The notes beneath the pieces are model-generated. The model was not told the DNA's origin, did no database searches, and saw nothing but the letters and a program-made list of their open reading frames with translations. From the NCBI GenBank assembly GCA_964654465.1, contig CAZZIO010000040.1, positions 64,001-128,000 of the forward strand: a DNA stretch of 64,000 nucleotides. Direction: 5' to 3'. The stretch's first letter is position 1, and every line of letters begins with the position of its first letter. This stretch comes from an uncultured Dictyoglomota bacterium. Its GTDB lineage: Bacteria > Dictyoglomota > Dictyoglomia > Dictyoglomales > Dictyoglomaceae. Positions 60,995 to 64,000 of the stretch are shown here, one piece after another. A program made the position numbers and the translations under genes.

Positions 60995-61321
60995 TCAACC
61001 TTCTAAAAGTTTTTGGAAGAGAAAATCTAAGGCTTTAGGTAAGTTACCTTCCAATTTTTCTTTATGTTGTTTTAATTTTAAATCGTACTCTTTTGCTATC
61101 TCAGCTATCTTTCTTTCTATTTCCTCTTTTCTTACTTTCTCTATCCCTTTTATCTCCCTTAAATATTCTTGTCTCTTTTCCTCTTGTTTTAAAAGAAACT
61201 CTTCTATTTTTTTGTTAAATATAATTTCTATGTTTATTTTTTCCTTTTCTATTTGGGCTTCTAATTCTTTTTCCTTTTCATGAATATAAGAAATTACATC
61301 CTTAACTTTTTCTTCCCTCAT
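60995..61321 (-). CDS. A/V-type ATPase peripheral stalk subunit G/H (probable)
   Basis: 108-aa E/K-rich coiled coil immediately upstream of subunit I. Confidence 0.7.
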   Translation of the reverse strand: MREEKVKDVISYIHEKEKELEAQIEKEKINIEIIFNKKIEEFLLKQEEKRQEYLREIKGIEKVRKEEIERKIAEIAKEYDLKLKQHKEKLEGNLPKALDFLFQKLLEG

Positions 61322-61324
61322 AGC

Positions 61325-61516
61325 TTATACAACCTTCTGTACCTTTCCAGCCTTTAAGCATCTGGTACAAACTTTTATTGTTTTAACCTTTCCATTAACT
61401 AAAGCACGAACCTTATGAAGGTTGGGAAGCCATCTGGTTTTTGTCCTACGATGAGAATGGCTTACTTGTAAACCTACCCAAGGTCCCTTTCCACAAATCT
61501 CGCACCTTCTTGACAT
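61325..61516 (-). CDS. rpmB: 50S ribosomal protein L28 (Zn-binding type)
   Basis: [13 protein letters not shown]...PNL...CTRCLK. Confidence 0.97.
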   Translation of the reverse strand: MSRRCEICGKGPWVGLQVSHSHRRTKTRWLPNLHKVRALVNGKVKTIKVCTRCLKAGKVQKVV

Positions 61517-61624
61517 ATTTTCATCCTCCCTTCTCTAAATATAGAATTTTAAGAAACTTTCTTTAAAACCATATTAAAACTTAGAATTTCTATTTTATTC
61601 AAAAATCGGTTATAATTATATCAT

Positions 61625-62443
61625 ATGAAAGACAGAATACCATATGTAGCAGGATACTTTTATCCTGCTGACGAAAGAGAACTAATAAGCCTTATATCCA
61701 AGTTTATTATAAAGACAGATGAAAAAATATCTGCCATAGGATGCGTTGTTCCTCATGCAGGATATATTTACTCTGGAAAAGTTGCAGGTAAAGTATATTC
61801 AAGCATAAAAATACCTAACAATGTTATAATTTTAGGTCCCAACCACAATGGCTTAGGGGCACCTGCATCAATATATAAGGAAGGTAAATGGTTAACTCCA
61901 CTAGGTAAGGTAGATATAAACAACGATTTATCTGAAAAGATACTCAAACACTCTAAGTATTTAATTGAAGATCTTTATGCTCATAGATATGAACATTCTA
62001 TAGAGGTTCAAATTCCCTTCTTGCAATTTTTAAACCCCAATATAAGTATAGTTCCCATCACAATAGTGGATTATAGAACCCCCATATTATATGATTTAGC
62101 AATAGCCATCTATAAAGCCATATTAGAAACTAACGATCCAATTCTTGTTATTGCAAGTTCTGACTTTTCTCATTATGAACCTCTGACCATAGCTAAGGAA
62201 AAAGATTTCTATGCTATAGAAGCCATATTAAATTTAGATGAAGAAGAATTTATGAATCGAGTAAGAGAAGAAGATATTAGTATTTGTGGATCAGGTCCTA
62301 TTTTCGTAACAATAACAGTAAGTAAATATTTAGGCGCTTCAAAGGGAGTACTTATAGACTATAGTACTTCTGGAGATATCACGAAAGACTATTCAGAAGT
62401 AGTAGGATATGCAGGAATAGTTTTTCTAAAAGAAAGTGGATAG
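61625..62443 (+). CDS. MEMO1 family protein (AmmeMemoRadiSam protein B)
   Basis: VAGYFYP, PHAGYIYSG, GPNH, EHSIEVQIPF, SSDFSHY, CG.GP, VVGYA. Confidence 0.93.
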   Translation: MKDRIPYVAGYFYPADERELISLISKFIIKTDEKISAIGCVVPHAGYIYSGKVAGKVYSSIKIPNNVIILGPNHNGLGAPASIYKEGKWLTPLGKVDINNDLSEKILKHSKYLIEDLYAHRYEHSIEVQIPFLQFLNPNISIVPITIVDYRTPILYDLAIAIYKAILETNDPILVIASSDFSHYEPLTIAKEKDFYAIEAILNLDEEEFMNRVREEDISICGSGPIFVTITVSKYLGASKGVLIDYSTSGDITKDYSEVVGYAGIVFLKESG

Positions 62444-63014
62444 ATTAGGAATAATTGGATTAGGAAATCCTGGAAAAGAATATGAAAACACACGCCATAA
62501 TGTTGGTTTTATGGTAGTGGATTATTTATACGATTATTTCTCCTTTAATAAATGGGAAAAAATAGAACTAAATTTTGTTTCTGAAGGCTTTATAGAATCA
62601 TCTAAAATATACCTTGTTAAGCCCCAAACATATATGAATTTAAGCGGTAAAGGAGTAAAAAATTTTCTTGATAATTATAATCTTGAACCACAAGAAATTT
62701 TAATAGTACAAGATGATTTAGATCTCAATTTAGGATCTATAAGAATTAGGTTTAATGGAAAAGATGGAGGACACAATGGAATAAAATCTATTATACAAGA
62801 AATTCAAACCTCTAATTTTTATCGCTTAAGAATTGGAATAGGAAAACCAATAGATAAAGCTGAAACAATAAATTACGTATTAGGAGAGTTTACAGAAGAA
62901 GAATGGAAAATCTTATCAAAAGTATTAAACAAAATGCCAGAAATAATTAATACTATTTTAAAGGAGGGATGGGATAAGGCTCAGAATCTTTATAATAGAA
63001 GATGGCTCTTTTAG
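62436..63014 (+). CDS. pth: Peptidyl-tRNA hydrolase
   Basis: GLGNPG..Y..TRHNVGF, KPQTYMNLSG, DDLDL, GGHNG, RLRIGIG. Confidence 0.98.
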   Translation: MDRLGIIGLGNPGKEYENTRHNVGFMVVDYLYDYFSFNKWEKIELNFVSEGFIESSKIYLVKPQTYMNLSGKGVKNFLDNYNLEPQEILIVQDDLDLNLGSIRIRFNGKDGGHNGIKSIIQEIQTSNFYRLRIGIGKPIDKAETINYVLGEFTEEEWKILSKVLNKMPEIINTILKEGWDKAQNLYNRRWLF

Positions 63015-64000
63015 AAAAATTTATTAGAAGTAAAGAGTTTAATAAATTAAAATATCTTATCAATGAGGGAAAAAACTTAAAAATTTTTGGGATTTATAAA
63101 GGTATATATCCTATACTACTTGAATCTTTACTTAACCTTGAAAGGCCTATTCTATGGATTACCAATAATGATGAAAATTTAACATTATGGGAAGATTTAA
63201 AAAATGAGATCGATATTTTAGAAACATTTCCTTCTTACGTTCATTTACCTTATGAAAAACCTTTAAGATCTGTACAAAAAGAAGGAAAAAGATTAAGGGT
63301 TCTTACTGATCTCTTATTAAATCCGAATCATACAGTTATAGCTTCTTTAAAATCTCTTATCTATCCATTAACCTCAAAATATAAACTCTCAAACAATTTC
63401 ATAGTCTTAGAGGTAGGTAAAGAGATAGAGAGAAATCTTTTAGAAAATTTTCTTCAAAGAAATCAATATGAGAAGAATACTCAAGTAGAGAAAATAGGAG
63501 AATATAGTGTTAGAGGTGGAATTTTGGATATCTTTCCATCTTCCTCTGAATATCCTATAAGATTAGAATTTTTTGGAGATGAAATAACATCAATAAGATT
63601 TTTTAGTATCGAAGACCGAAGGTCTATAAAAAATTTAACAAAATTTATTTTAACCCCCTTATATGAACTTGATAAAAATTTAGATGAAGAAAAATATTTC
63701 TTGAAACATAACGAAGTAATAGACTATATTTTCTCCTTCTTGTCCTCCAAGACCCTGATCGTATTTGAAAATTTAGGAGAAAGTTTAGCTCTCTTAGAAA
63801 AATGGGAGGAAAAAGGAAAAGAAAATTATAATAGAAGATCATCAAAAGAAAAGTTACCACCTAATCTTTTTCTTACAAAAGAAAGATTATTAGAGAATTT
63901 AGGTAAATATCAATATTTAGATCTTCACAATTATGAACCTGACATTAATTTTACTATCTACTCTCCCCCAACATTTAAGGGTACAGGAGATTTTTTAGAA
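63002..64000 (+). CDS. mfd: Transcription-repair coupling factor Mfd (5' part; runs off the window edge)
   Basis: Not in ORF track. Manual translation from ATG 63002: MALLEKF...LPYE...GEYSVRGGILDIFPSSSEYPIRLEFFGDEITSIRFF (UvrB-homology module); pth-mfd synteny. Confidence 0.92.
   Translation, partial: MALLEKFIRSKEFNKLKYLINEGKNLKIFGIYKGIYPILLESLLNLERPILWITNNDENLTLWEDLKNEIDILETFPSYVHLPYEKPLRSVQKEGKRLRVLTDLLLNPNHTVIASLKSLIYPLTSKYKLSNNFIVLEVGKEIERNLLENFLQRNQYEKNTQVEKIGEYSVRGGILDIFPSSSEYPIRLEFFGDEITSIRFFSIEDRRSIKNLTKFILTPLYELDKNLDEEKYFLKHNEVIDYIFSFLSSKTLIVFENLGESLALLEKWEEKGKENYNRRSSKEKLPPNLFLTKERLLENLGKYQYLDLHNYEPDINFTIYSPPTFKGTGDFLE

Noticed and set aside
5655-63860. Other short track ORFs nested in or antisense to recognised genes (e.g. 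5655, 7530, 16955, 43580, 48667, 54278, 58036, 63645)
   Set aside because: Shadow frames with F/S/I/L-rich composition or no motifs, overlapping confident genes
1-64000. tRNA, rRNA, CRISPR arrays, IS elements, prophage, defence systems
   Set aside because: Intergenic gaps are nearly all under 220 bp, and no repeat-spacer pattern, cloverleaf, transposase or phage-like ORF was recognised by eye

Overview
AT-rich, very densely coded core-chromosome segment of a bacterium with Firmicutes/Thermotogae-like gene content. Protein style and gene order suggest a thermophilic anaerobe, possibly Dictyoglomus-like (inference, not verified). Main blocks: (-) yloC-remA-gmk-rpoZ-priA-def-fmt-yugP-rsmB-rlmN; (+) rsmI-plsX-pilT; (-) a GT4 glycosyltransferase plus an uncharacterised partner; (-) speD-speE-two unannotated small ORFs-aroK-aroQ; (-) a ~20.6-kb run from pdxS through mcsA-mcsB-clpC-radA-disA, ispDF, xerD, trpS and scpAB to thpR; (-) uvrC; (+) argS...tyrS-yabE-rsmA-ispE-ilvA...tRNA nucleotidyltransferase; (-) rpmB, a complete A/V-type ATPase operon and alr; (+) MEMO1-pth-mfd (partial). 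No rRNA, tRNA, CRISPR array or mobile element was seen. Best observations: two small proteins missed by the ORF track (a 41-aa protein with a duplicated CCxxCPxYNxC motif and a 42-aa single-TM protein), a PriA with every helicase motif degenerate, pdxST in the ctsR position, a DisA RHR->RHA variant, an Fe-S-motif TrpRS, a Na+-signature ATPase c subunit, and several apparently leaderless operon leaders.
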